NCBI GenBank assembly: GCA_041483195.1
Contig: JBGPFC010000017.1
Span: 20,310 to 84,309 of the forward strand
Source: Candidatus Eiseniibacteriota bacterium
GTDB lineage: Bacteria > Eisenbacteria > RBG-16-71-46
DNA length: 64,000 bases
Reading direction: 5' to 3'
How positions within the stretch are numbered: the stretch's first letter is position 1; the number at the start of each line of letters is the position of its first letter. This document shows, piece by piece, positions 38,154-47,601 of this stretch. Position numbers and translations under genes: made by a program. Under the pieces are notes generated by a model. The model was given only the letters and a program-made list of their open reading frames with translations. It was not told the DNA's origin and did not search any database.

Positions 38154-38340
38154 GCGTGCTCCGAAAGGGAATCGTGAGTGCGTGGTCTCGTGCCGATGCG
38201 CAGGGCCGGGGATCATACGAACCCGGGCTCCGGCTGTCACGCGCGGCCGGGCCCTGAGTGCGAGAGCGGTATCGGCAGGCAGGCGCTTCGAACGCACGAC
38301 TCCGGGTGCGTCTTCGCGGCGCGGCGCGCGCGTTTCGGGC

Positions 38341-38691
38341 TTACGCCTTCCACCACATCTGCGCGGCGACCAGCACCAGGAACACGGCGAACACGCGTTG
38401 CAGCACGCGCGGCCGCAGGTCCAGCCCGATGCGGGCGCCCAGCCACGCGCCGAGCAGCAATCCCAGCGCGATCAGCATCGCGCCGCGGATCTCGACGGAG
38501 CCCTGGCGGTAGTACTGCCACGCGCCGAGCGCCCCGACCGGGAGCAGCAGCGCGGCGAGCGAGGTCCCGGTCGCGCTCTGGGGCTTCAGTCCCGCGATCA
38601 TGATGAGCGCGGGCACGATCACCACGCCGCCGCCGATTCCAAAGAGCCCGGCCAGGACTCCGGCGCACAGGCCGATCGTGAGATAGATCAC
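38341..38691 (-). CDS. Half-size (single repeat) TauE/SafE membrane protein
   Basis: GLFGIGGGVVIVP...ATGTSL; 116 aa. Confidence 0.85.
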   Translation of the reverse strand: MIYLTIGLCAGVLAGLFGIGGGVVIVPALIMIAGLKPQSATGTSLAALLLPVGALGAWQYYRQGSVEIRGAMLIALGLLLGAWLGARIGLDLRPRVLQRVFAVFLVLVAAQMWWKA

Positions 38692-38739
38692 GGAACGTCC
38701 TCCGATCCCCGACCGCGACGCGGCCGGCGCGCACGCACG

Positions 38740-40077
38740 CTACGTCGCCGCGGTGTGCGCCTGGTCGGCCGCAGAGCCTTCCATCACCCACCGCACGCCC
38801 TTCGAGCAGGGGCAGGTGCCCCCGACCCGTTTGAGCTTGGGCATCTTCATGATAGCGTCCTTCACGCTCAGCGCACCGGACGCCACGCCGCGCAACGCCT
38901 CCGCGTAGTTCCGCATGTCGCGGCTCGCGACGTAGCCTTCGTTGAGGTTGTGCGCCAGGTGCCGCAGGTATTCCTCGGCGTCGGTGTACGCCTCGCCGTC
39001 CACGCCCACCATGCTGAACGCGGACTCGCCCTTGCGGCGGAAGAAGCGAGGATCCGGCACGCGCAGCAGGTCTTCGTGCCGCACCCCGCGGTGGGTCCCG
39101 CGGGTCTGCTCGAGCGCCTCGAGCGCGGCCTCGGCCTTGTCCGGGGCGTCTTCCGGGAAGCGCGCGCGGATGAATCGCGCGTTGATGTCGCGGATCATCT
39201 TGCGCACTTCCTCGATGTAGCGATCCTGCGCCTCGCGGTTCTTCATGTCCTTGAAGCCGAAGCGCACGTTGGTGTCACCGCCGCGCTCGTCGCCGAACAT
39301 CTCGAGGGCGCGCGGGAACCACTTGTTCACGGCGTGCTGGATCGCGGTCATCGTGATGAACGGGTCGCCCTGCGCCGCCTTCTGCGCCCAGCGCCGGAGC
39401 GGGATCACGCCCGCCGCGAGATGGAACGCCTCCTCACGCAACATGGGCGGCATGCTGTCGGCCATCGGCTTGTACGCGCACACCTTCTGCATCGTGAGCT
39501 GGTACTTGCCGACGCGGTCCACCAGCGCCGCGAACGCGATGTTGTCGATGAAGGAGTCGTAATCGAGGTTGAACGCGTCGAGGACGTGATTGCCCGTCTG
39601 CATCGACAGGATCTCCTCGACCATCTGCTCGCCCGTCACGCCGCCCGAGACGTGAGTCCAGTCGCTCGACAGCAGCAGGTGGAGCATCTGGTAGCCGTGG
39701 CGCAGCTCCTCCGCCATCACGCGCAGCACCCAGTAGCGGTCCTGGTCGTCGGTCGCGCGCTCGAGCGTGCCCGCGTGCTGCTGGATCGAGCCGAACTCGG
39801 TGGACGCCTGCGCGCGGATGATCGCGAGCAGATGCTGCGCCTCTTCCTGGGTGAGCTCGTCGGGCTTCATGCGCTTCTTCTCGCCCGCGTGGTCGCCGAT
39901 CTGGATCAGGTCGCTGGTGCCGAGCTCCAACTTCGCGCACAGACAGAACTCCTCGTCCTTCGGGAAGTACCTCTGCCAGTGCTCGAGGAGCGAGCCGTAG
40001 TCCTTGAAGTTGTGCCGGCGCCAGTGTTCGACGGCGTCGTGGTATTTCTTGTCCAGCGAGATGTTCTCGACTTTCAT
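38740..40077 (-). CDS. BoxB/PaaA-like ferritin-like di-iron oxygenase
   Basis: QASTE, EELRH, DRVGKYQL, EEAFH, WFPRALEMFG. Confidence 0.85.
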   Translation of the reverse strand: MKVENISLDKKYHDAVEHWRRHNFKDYGSLLEHWQRYFPKDEEFCLCAKLELGTSDLIQIGDHAGEKKRMKPDELTQEEAQHLLAIIRAQASTEFGSIQQHAGTLERATDDQDRYWVLRVMAEELRHGYQMLHLLLSSDWTHVSGGVTGEQMVEEILSMQTGNHVLDAFNLDYDSFIDNIAFAALVDRVGKYQLTMQKVCAYKPMADSMPPMLREEAFHLAAGVIPLRRWAQKAAQGDPFITMTAIQHAVNKWFPRALEMFGDERGGDTNVRFGFKDMKNREAQDRYIEEVRKMIRDINARFIRARFPEDAPDKAEAALEALEQTRGTHRGVRHEDLLRVPDPRFFRRKGESAFSMVGVDGEAYTDAEEYLRHLAHNLNEGYVASRDMRNYAEALRGVASGALSVKDAIMKMPKLKRVGGTCPCSKGVRWVMEGSAADQAHTAAT

Positions 40078-40087
40078 CGGCTGCTCC

Positions 40088-40549
40088 TCAAGAACCAGGC
40101 GCGAGAGCGATTTCCAATGCCTGCAGCGGCGAAGGCGTGAACCCCAGCGCGTTCAGGAACCCGGAGATCGCGGGATCGCGGCGATCCACCAGCGTGCGCA
40201 CCGAGGTCGCGCCCGCCGCGCGGAAGTGGGCGCAGATCGCATCGAACATCTGCTTGCCCAGATCGCGCCCGCGGTGGTCGGGGTCGATGCCGAAGCGCTC
40301 GATCCAGCCGCTCGGCTCCTCGATCCCGAACTCCCCGGCCCGCACGTCGCCGAGCAGGAACCCCACCACCTTGCCGCCGATCTCCGCGACCTGCGATGCC
40401 CCGGGATCGCGGCGCAGGTAGTACCCGACGCGCTGCTCCCAGACGTCCGGCCGGTACACGCCCGTGATGCGCTCGTCGATGCGTACGATGCTTCCAATAT
40501 CGAGCTCGTCGAGCGGCCGGATGCGGGCCGTGGACTGCACTTCGGGCAT
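40088..40549 (-). CDS. GNAT acetyltransferase (BadL-like subfamily)
   Basis: IVRIDERITG, GEFG, GIDPDHRGRDLG, FLNALGF. Confidence 0.85.
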   Translation of the reverse strand: MPEVQSTARIRPLDELDIGSIVRIDERITGVYRPDVWEQRVGYYLRRDPGASQVAEIGGKVVGFLLGDVRAGEFGIEEPSGWIERFGIDPDHRGRDLGKQMFDAICAHFRAAGATSVRTLVDRRDPAISGFLNALGFTPSPLQALEIALAPGS

Positions 40550-40642
40550 GAAAGGCTCCGATCGGAGGTGGGCTGCGACACGGAATCGGCGGGAGATTAA
40601 CAGGTTTACCGCGAAAACTGCACGTCGAGGCGCCCGCGACGG

Positions 40643-40667
40643 CGTGGTTTGGTGACACAAAACCACG
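40643..40667. promoter_or_regulatory. Palindromic operator candidate
   Basis: CGTGGTTTGGTG-A-CACAAAACCACG (one mismatch) in a divergent intergenic region. Confidence 0.5.
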
Positions 40668-40899
40668 AAAACGCCCGGGAATTCCAAGCTCGACGCGGGT
40701 TTTGCCTTGCGTGCGGGTGGCCGAACGTTCACCATTGTCAGGTCAATTTCAAGTGACGGAACCCCCCGCTTCGATATGAGTGCGCGCGCTCGCGTGTCAC
40801 CGCGAGGACATCGACGCCCCTCATACGCCGCGCCCGTCGGCCTGACCCTGGAACGATTTCTCCTGGCATCGCAACCGTCATGACCGGAGGCACCTTCAT

Positions 40900-41835
40900 A
40901 TGACCGCACGATACTCCGCGCTTCTACTTGCCGGGGCTCTGCTCGCGGCGGGCGTGCAGGGCACCGCGATCGCGCAGTCGGCGCTCGACTCGCCCGCGAT
41001 CACACCCGTCAGCTCGGGCACCGCCAAGGCCACGCTGACCATCACCGCCGGACCCAGCGGCGCGCCGTACGGGTTCACCATCTTCTGGATGACCCAGGCC
41101 GACTTCGACGCGAACGGCAGCCAGTGGTGGTCGTATGGCAACGCCGTTCAGGGCGAAGCCAACTACTGGGGAACCCCGACGCTCAATACCTGGGACGGCA
41201 CGCTCACCAGCTTCGTGCTGGGTCCGAACGAGTCGGCGACCGTCGAGATCGGCGACCTGTTCGACGAGACCGGCGTCACGACCAACAACGCGAACGAGCT
41301 GGACTACGCGGGGGACTACGTCTTCTGCGCTTTCGCGAACGGGCCGAGCCCGCCGGAAAACAGCGAGTACTCGAAGAATCACAAGCCGCCGCCCCCGCCG
41401 CCCCGTCAGTGCAAGTTCACGCAGGGCTACTGGAAGAACCACCCGGGCGCATGGCCGGTGCTGCCGGATTGCGGCGGCGGATTCCTGAAGCTCGGCACGG
41501 TCTGTTACACCAAGGCCCAGTTGCTGTTGATCTTCAATCATCCGGCCGGCGGCAACGGCCTCGTCTCGCTCGCGCACCAGCTGATCGCGGCGAAGCTGAA
41601 CATCCTGAACGGCGCCGACGGCTCGCTCGTGGCCGCGACCATCGCCGCCGCCGACCTCCAGATCGGCGGGCTCGTCGTTCCGCCGATCGGGGGTGGCTAC
41701 CTTTCGCCATCGAGCACGTCGCACAAGACCGACATTCTCGACGACTTCAACCAGGGCAAGCTCGGCTCGAATCAGTGCAACCCGACGGCGGCGCGGGTGA
41801 GCACCTGGGGCACGATCAAGGCCCTCTACCGCTAG
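40900..41835 (+). CDS. Secreted two-domain protein with C-terminal TWGTIKALYR tag
   Basis: GGAGG RBS; signal peptide; beta domain; poly-Pro linker; FTQGYWKNH...LAHQLIAAKLN domain. Confidence 0.85.
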   Translation: MTARYSALLLAGALLAAGVQGTAIAQSALDSPAITPVSSGTAKATLTITAGPSGAPYGFTIFWMTQADFDANGSQWWSYGNAVQGEANYWGTPTLNTWDGTLTSFVLGPNESATVEIGDLFDETGVTTNNANELDYAGDYVFCAFANGPSPPENSEYSKNHKPPPPPPRQCKFTQGYWKNHPGAWPVLPDCGGGFLKLGTVCYTKAQLLLIFNHPAGGNGLVSLAHQLIAAKLNILNGADGSLVAATIAAADLQIGGLVVPPIGGGYLSPSSTSHKTDILDDFNQGKLGSNQCNPTAARVSTWGTIKALYR

Positions 41836-41864
41836 TCGCAACCGCCCCTCGCGGCGGCCAGCCA

Positions 41865-41897
41865 GAAGGGCGGGGACGCGGAGCGTCCCCGCCCTTC
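41865..41897. terminator. Hairpin between convergent genes
   Basis: Perfect 15-bp stem GAAGGGCGGGGACGC-GGA-GCGTCCCCGCCCTTC. Confidence 0.75.
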
Positions 41898-41925
41898 GTA
41901 TGTGGCGGCGTTGGTGTCCGGCGCG

Positions 41926-43335
41926 CTACGCCGGCGCCACGCTCGCGGCGACCACCGCGCGGCTCTCGCCCGGCGCGAGCCGCCGCACCACCTCGATGCG
42001 CTCGTGATCGGGCGAGTGCCACCACCAGCGCCAGCGCGCGGGAATGCCGCGCGCGTCGGTCTGGTGCCACTGGATGCGCTCGACGTCGCCGCTCAGCTCG
42101 TCCGCGAAGTCGTCGTCCACCGCCTCGGCGGCGCCCCATCCCGATCCGGGCTCGACGGTGACCCGCCGGCTCACGCGAGCCGCCGCATGATGCCGCTCGA
42201 GCTGGCGTGCGAGCCAGCCCACCATGCGCGGCCTCAGGTCGGCGATCACGTTGAAGCAGTCGTGTGCGCCGCGCGGGTAGAACACCAGCTCGCGCTCGCA
42301 ACGCGCGTCCTCGAAGATGTGGTAGGCCTCGCTGCCGGGCGTGATGAGATCGTGTCCCCCGCCCGAGATTATGAGCGGACATCGAAGCGCGGGCAGCACG
42401 TGGGCGAGCGTGATCCGGTCGATCGCGGCGCCCATCTCGCGCTCGCTGGTGTCGTACAGGGCGGCCAGCTCGCGCCGCATGCTGACGAGGGTCACGTTCC
42501 AGTAGATGTCGGCGGAGTAGGGCGGGCTCACCGCCGCCACCGCGCGCACGCGGGGATCATGCGAGGCCATGCGGATCGCGAGGTAACCGCCGAGGCTCAT
42601 GCCGAAGAAGGCGACCGCCTCCGGATCGAGCTCGGGACGGGTCTCGATCTGGTTCAGGATCGCGACCCCCACCGGGCGCGGCTCCGCGACCATCGACAAC
42701 CGGTGGAACGTCTCGCCCAGCCCCGGCCCGTCGAAGTAGATGGTCGCGATCCCGCGCTCGAGCAGCGCGTCCGACCACCAGTGGAGTTCCTCCTTGACCG
42801 CGTTGGTGCCGTTGAACATCACGACCACCGGCACCGGGCCGCCGCCCGGCGGCACGCGCAGGTATCCCTTCATCGCGCGCCGGCGATAGATCACCTCGAA
42901 CGGCACGGCCGGCGGATCGAACAGCGGCGCCGCCAGCGCGTAAGCACGCGTGCATGAGTCGTGCAGCGTGCGCTTGCGGTTCTTGTCCATGAAGATCACG
43001 TACTGCGAGAAATTGTAAGCGGCCGAGGCCGCGAGGAAGCGCCGGGCGGCGTCGGCGGGCCTGCCGAGCGCGAGCGCGTCGCGTGCCGCCTGCTCGTGCG
43101 CGCGGCCCAGGCTCTCCCATTCGTCCACCCACGATGTGAGCCCGGTGATGCGGCCGAGCACGTGCTCGAGGTCTTCGGACGATACCCCCGCGTTCGTGAA
43201 CTGGAGCTTGGCCCACGGCGGCATCTGCTGCGCGAAGCCGAGCTTGAGGCTCATGCTCACGAAGCCCGGACGGAGGAGCTGGCTGCGCAGCATGTGCGGC
43301 ACCAGGAACTCGAGCCGTCCGCCTTTGAGCGTCAT
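41926..43335 (-). CDS. Alpha/beta hydrolase (FrsA / dihydroxypseudooxynicotine hydrolase-like)
   Basis: GYLRVP, KEE, FDGPGLGE, GMSLGG, HD...GAHDC. Confidence 0.85.
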   Translation of the reverse strand: MTLKGGRLEFLVPHMLRSQLLRPGFVSMSLKLGFAQQMPPWAKLQFTNAGVSSEDLEHVLGRITGLTSWVDEWESLGRAHEQAARDALALGRPADAARRFLAASAAYNFSQYVIFMDKNRKRTLHDSCTRAYALAAPLFDPPAVPFEVIYRRRAMKGYLRVPPGGGPVPVVVMFNGTNAVKEELHWWSDALLERGIATIYFDGPGLGETFHRLSMVAEPRPVGVAILNQIETRPELDPEAVAFFGMSLGGYLAIRMASHDPRVRAVAAVSPPYSADIYWNVTLVSMRRELAALYDTSEREMGAAIDRITLAHVLPALRCPLIISGGGHDLITPGSEAYHIFEDARCERELVFYPRGAHDCFNVIADLRPRMVGWLARQLERHHAAARVSRRVTVEPGSGWGAAEAVDDDFADELSGDVERIQWHQTDARGIPARWRWWWHSPDHERIEVVRRLAPGESRAVVAASVAPA

Positions 43336-43457
43336 CGCGTGCCCCTCGCCGAGGGCGATCTGTGACCGATACCGCAGGATGGGTCGGGGCGGCACGTCAG
43401 TGGGCGCCGCCCCGCGGGTAGCCGCGAGCGCATGCGCGCTCGCCACCTCCGTTGGAG

Positions 43458-43473
43458 TGCATCGCATGTGCCA
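43458..43473 (-). promoter_or_regulatory. sigma54 -24/-12 promoter
   Basis: TGGCACATGCGATGCA. Confidence 0.7.
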
Positions 43474-43701
43474 CCGATGCGAAATGCTTTCGCGCGCGGC
43501 CGGGGCGGGCCCGGATCGCCGGTTGGTCGCGGCCACCATGGCGATTCCCGAATCCGCGATGCGCCCCCGCCGTGCAGCGTGAGGTGCGGAATCGTGCGAG
43601 ATCCCCGGAGTGTGGGTGATCGCGCCCCGTCTGTGGGCGAGCGCCCACAGCCCGGCCGCCGCGACTGCTGGCGCTCGGGCCGCGGCGCCCGGCCACGGGT
43701 C

Positions 43702-44595
43702 TCACCCCGCGGAGGCGGTCTCCACCGCGGCGCGATATGCGTCGCGCAGGCGAAGCCCCACTTCGCGGGCGGGGAGCGCGCGCTCGCCGATCGCGGCGAC
43801 CGGAACCACCTCCTGCACCGAGTTCGTGAGAAAGATTTCGTCCGCCGCGAGCAGCGCCTCGCGGGTGAGCGGCGCCTCGCGGACGGCGACGCCCAGCGAA
43901 GGGCCCGCCGCGATCACCCACGCGCGCACGATCCCCGGCAGGATCCCGCGCGCGAGCGGCGGCGTGAGCGTCTCGCCCCCGACCACCGCGAACACGTTGC
44001 TGGTCGCGCCCTCGAACACCTCGCCATCCGCGCCGCACATCAGCGCCTCGTCGGCCCCGGCGGGACGCAGCTCTTCGCGCGCGAGCGCGTACGCGAGCCG
44101 GCTCGTGGTCTTGTGCCGCCCGAGCGCGCCCGGGTGAAACGGACGCTTCGAGAAGATGACGCGCGCCTCCGAGGTGCGCGCGCCCTTCCAGATCCGCGCC
44201 GCGATCGGCTCGACGTCCACCCACGCCCCGCTGCGGGTCGGCCGCCCGCCCGGGATGCCGCGCGTGACGGTGATGCGCGCGACCGCGTCGGAGAGGCCGT
44301 CGGCGGCGAGCACCTGCGCGAGGCCGTGGCGCAGGCGCGCGGGGGCGGGCGGCACCGGGAATCCCAGCTCGGCCGCCGAGAGCACCAGCCGCTCCATGTG
44401 CCGCTCCCACGCGAAGGGCTGGCCGCGATAGATGCGGAGGGTCTCGAACACGCCCTCGCCGTCGCGCGCCCCGCGATCGAAGAGCGAGAGCATGACGTCC
44501 TCGCCCCGCACCAGCGCCCCGTTGATCCACACCGCACGCTCGGGCAGGCGCGGCGCGCGTTCGCGCGCGGTGGCGGGCACCGGGACGTTCTTCAC
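43702..44595 (-). CDS. pabC: Class IV PLP enzyme, probable aminodeoxychorismate lyase
   Basis: GEGVFETLR, HMERL, HKTTS, EGATSN, LPGIVR, FLTNS; GTGA overlap with pabB. Confidence 0.78.
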   Translation of the reverse strand: MKNVPVPATARERAPRLPERAVWINGALVRGEDVMLSLFDRGARDGEGVFETLRIYRGQPFAWERHMERLVLSAAELGFPVPPAPARLRHGLAQVLAADGLSDAVARITVTRGIPGGRPTRSGAWVDVEPIAARIWKGARTSEARVIFSKRPFHPGALGRHKTTSRLAYALAREELRPAGADEALMCGADGEVFEGATSNVFAVVGGETLTPPLARGILPGIVRAWVIAAGPSLGVAVREAPLTREALLAADEIFLTNSVQEVVPVAAIGERALPAREVGLRLRDAYRAAVETASAG

Positions 44596-46013
44596 GCGTG
44601 GACCGGTCCGGGATCGAGCGCCACGTCCGATCCCAGCGTCGCGCTCAGCGCGCGGCGCAGGCCCTCGGCCTTGTGCAGCGTCTCCAAGTACTCCGCTTCC
44701 GGATCGGAATCGGCGGTGATGCCGCCGCCCGCTGCGAAGTGGATCGCCTCCCGGGTGACGAGCGCGGTGCGGATCGCGATGTTCCAGTCGGCGTCGCCGC
44801 GCCAGTCCACGTAGCCCAGGCTCCCGGTGTAGACGTGGCGCCGCACCGGCTCGAGCGCGTCGAGGATCTCCATCGCGCGAATCTTGGGCGCGCCGGTGAT
44901 CGATCCCCCCGGAAAGCAGGCGTGCAGCAGATCGAATGCGTCGAGTTCCTCGCGCAGCGTTCCGGTCACCGCGGAGGTCAGGTGAAATACCTGCGGAAAC
45001 GCCTCGAGCTCGCAGAGCGCGGTGGCGCTCACAGAGCCCAGCTCGCAGGCGCGGCCGAGGTCGTTCCGCAGCACGTCCACGATCATCACGTTCTCGGCGC
45101 GGTCCTTGGCGCTCGCGAGCAGCTCGGCCCGCAGCGCGGCATCCTCGACCGGGTCCGCGCCGCGCGGACGCGTGCCCTTGATGGGACGGGTCTGCACCTG
45201 GCGGCCGCGCAGCTCGAGGAACCGCTCGGGGCTCGAGGAGGCGATCGCGTGATCGCCCGCGCCGAAGTAGAACGCGAACGGCGCGGGCGAGCAGTCGGCC
45301 AGCGCTGCCTGAATCGCGATCGCGCGCGTGCCCGGCTGCGCGGGTTCGACCGGCAGCGTCCAGCGCTGGGAGAGGTTGGCCTGGAAGATGTCGCCGCGCC
45401 GGATATGGTCCCGCACCCTCTCCACCGCGCGGCGGTAGTCGTCTGGATGAAACGTGGAGGTCGCATGCAGACCCGGCACCGGGGCGATCGCGTCGGGCCG
45501 GCCGCGATGCGAATCGATGAGCCACGCGATCTCGTCGAGCCGGCCGCGCGCATGCGAGAGGCGCGCATCGCCATCGAGCGGGAGTCCGCTCGAGAACAGC
45601 CACGCCTGTCGCGTCCAGTGATCGTACGCCCCGACCACGTCGTAGAACCCGAGCACGAAATCGGGGAGCCCGAGATCGTCGCGCGCGACCGAGGGCAGCG
45701 ATTCGAGCCGCCTTCCGAAATCGTACGCCCAGTAGCCCACCGCGCCCCCGGTGAATGGAATCGCGGTCGGCGCCGGATCCTCGGCGCGAACCCGCCGCGC
45801 GAGCGCGCGCCACGTCGCCAGCGCCTCTTCGTATCGCGTGCCGCGGTGGATCGCGAACGGATCCGCGCCGAAGAACGACCAGCGCCCGCGGTCGTCCTCG
45901 AGCGATGAGTGGATCAGGAACGGATACGGCAGCCGCGCGAGCGCATGCAGCGCATCGATCGGATCGGAGAGCGTCACCGGCCGGGTGAGCGGGAGGTCGT
46001 GAGCGATGGACAT
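44592..46013 (-). CDS. pabB: Aminodeoxychorismate synthase component I
   Basis: SSSPERF, PIKGT, KDRAENVMIVDVLRND, FPGGSITGAPK, NIAIRT. Confidence 0.92.
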   Translation of the reverse strand: MSIAHDLPLTRPVTLSDPIDALHALARLPYPFLIHSSLEDDRGRWSFFGADPFAIHRGTRYEEALATWRALARRVRAEDPAPTAIPFTGGAVGYWAYDFGRRLESLPSVARDDLGLPDFVLGFYDVVGAYDHWTRQAWLFSSGLPLDGDARLSHARGRLDEIAWLIDSHRGRPDAIAPVPGLHATSTFHPDDYRRAVERVRDHIRRGDIFQANLSQRWTLPVEPAQPGTRAIAIQAALADCSPAPFAFYFGAGDHAIASSSPERFLELRGRQVQTRPIKGTRPRGADPVEDAALRAELLASAKDRAENVMIVDVLRNDLGRACELGSVSATALCELEAFPQVFHLTSAVTGTLREELDAFDLLHACFPGGSITGAPKIRAMEILDALEPVRRHVYTGSLGYVDWRGDADWNIAIRTALVTREAIHFAAGGGITADSDPEAEYLETLHKAEGLRRALSATLGSDVALDPGPVHA

Positions 46014-46227
46014 GCCGGAAAGGGTAGGAGCGCCCGGGAGGGAGCGTCAATCGCGGCTGCGTGCCGCCACCGCGCGCCACGTGAGACGCGCGCACCTCTT
46101 GACACCCCTTCCGCGCGGTGCCAACGTCGCGGCCGATCGAAATCCGCTCCGAACGCTGGGCCTGAAGCTCGCGTTGCGCGCCGGCAAGGAAGCCGGGCGC
46201 GCGCCGTGATCGCACGGAGGCGCCCTC

Positions 46228-47601
46228 CTGAGCACCTGCCTCATCCATTCCGGGACCCTGGTCCGCATGGACGCCGCGTACACCGTGGCGCCCGGCGACC
46301 TGCTCGTCTCCGACGGCCTCATCGCCGCGCTGGGCGCCGCCGTGAAGGATGCGCTCGCCGCTCTGCCCGGCGGCCGCGCGGACGAAACGCTCGACGCGAG
46401 CGGGGCGTTCGTGATTCCCGGCCTCGTGCACGGCCACCTTCATCTGTGCCAGACGTTGTTTCGCGGCCTCGCCGAGCAGAGCGATCTGCTGCGCTGGCTG
46501 CGCGAGAGCGTCTGGCCGCTCGAGGCCGCGCACACGGCGGCATCGATCGCGGCGTCCGCGCGTCTCGGCCTCGCCGAGCTGATCGCGGGCGGCGTGACCT
46601 GCGTGAACGACATGGGCTCGGTCCGTCACACCGAAGCGATCGGCGAGACGCTCGAGCGCAGCGGCATCCGCGCGGTGTTCGGCAAGGCGCTCATGGACCA
46701 GGGCGATGGCGTGCCGGCCGCGCTGCTCGATCCGCCGCGCGCCGCGCTCGACGACGCGCTCGCGGTGGCGGCGCGCTTTCACGGAGCGGACGGCGGCAGG
46801 CTGGGCGTCTCGCTCGCGCCGCGGTTCATCCTCTCGTGCAGCGAGGGGTTGTGGCGCGACGCGGCCGCGGCCGCCGCCGATCGCGGCCTGCTGGTGCACA
46901 CCCATCTCGCCGAGAGCCCTGGCGAGGCGCGCGAGGTGGAGCGCGCGGTGTCGACCAGCGCGGCACGCTACTTCGCGGCGCGCGGCGTGCTCGGCCCGCG
47001 CTTCGTCGGCGCGCACGGCGTGTGGCTCGAAGCCGACGAGATCGCGCTGCTCCGGCAGGCCGACGCCGCGCTCGTGCACTGCCCGGGCTCGAACCTGAAG
47101 CTCGGCTCGGGACTCGCCGACGTGCGCCGCTGGCGCGACGCCGGCCTGCGCTGCGGGATCGGGTCGGATGGGGCGGCGTGCGACAACCGCCTCGACAGCT
47201 TTCACGAGATGAGCCTCGCGGCCGGGATCGGCCGGGTGCTCCACCCCGAACGGCCGCTCGCCGCGCGCGAGGTGTTCGCGCTCGCGACCATCGACGGCGC
47301 GCGCGCGCTGGGGCTTGGCGATCGCATCGGCTCGCTCGAGCCGGGCAAGCAGGCCGACCTCGCGATCGTGGGGGTCGGCGCGCTTCACCAGTCGCCCAAC
47401 GCGGAGCGCGATCCATACGCCACGATCGTGCACGCCACGCGCGCCTCCGACGTGCGTCTCACGATGGTGGCGGGCCGCGTGCTCTACCGGGACGGCGCGT
47501 GGACCACGCTCGATGGCGCGCGGGTCGCGGCGGACGCGCGGGAGGAGGCGCGCGCGTTGCTCACGCGGGTCGGGCCCGGCGCGTCGCGGAGCGCGGCATG
47601 A
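46228..47601 (+). CDS. Amidohydrolase, 5'-deoxyadenosine deaminase / TRZ-ATZ-like
   Basis: HLH, HTHLAE, AHGV, GSDG; probable CTG start at 46228 (first ATG is 46267). Confidence 0.88.
   Translation: MSTCLIHSGTLVRMDAAYTVAPGDLLVSDGLIAALGAAVKDALAALPGGRADETLDASGAFVIPGLVHGHLHLCQTLFRGLAEQSDLLRWLRESVWPLEAAHTAASIAASARLGLAELIAGGVTCVNDMGSVRHTEAIGETLERSGIRAVFGKALMDQGDGVPAALLDPPRAALDDALAVAARFHGADGGRLGVSLAPRFILSCSEGLWRDAAAAAADRGLLVHTHLAESPGEAREVERAVSTSAARYFAARGVLGPRFVGAHGVWLEADEIALLRQADAALVHCPGSNLKLGSGLADVRRWRDAGLRCGIGSDGAACDNRLDSFHEMSLAAGIGRVLHPERPLAAREVFALATIDGARALGLGDRIGSLEPGKQADLAIVGVGALHQSPNAERDPYATIVHATRASDVRLTMVAGRVLYRDGAWTTLDGARVAADAREEARALLTRVGPGASRSAA

Noticed and set aside
38180..38195. CGGCACG sigma54-like motif upstream of glgP
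   Set aside because: Spacing is GG-N11-GC, not N10.
44596..47433. Upstream part of the 1243-aa ORF, suggesting a giant fusion with PabC
   Set aside because: Shadow frame over pabB and antisense to the deaminase; pabC starts at GTG 44595.
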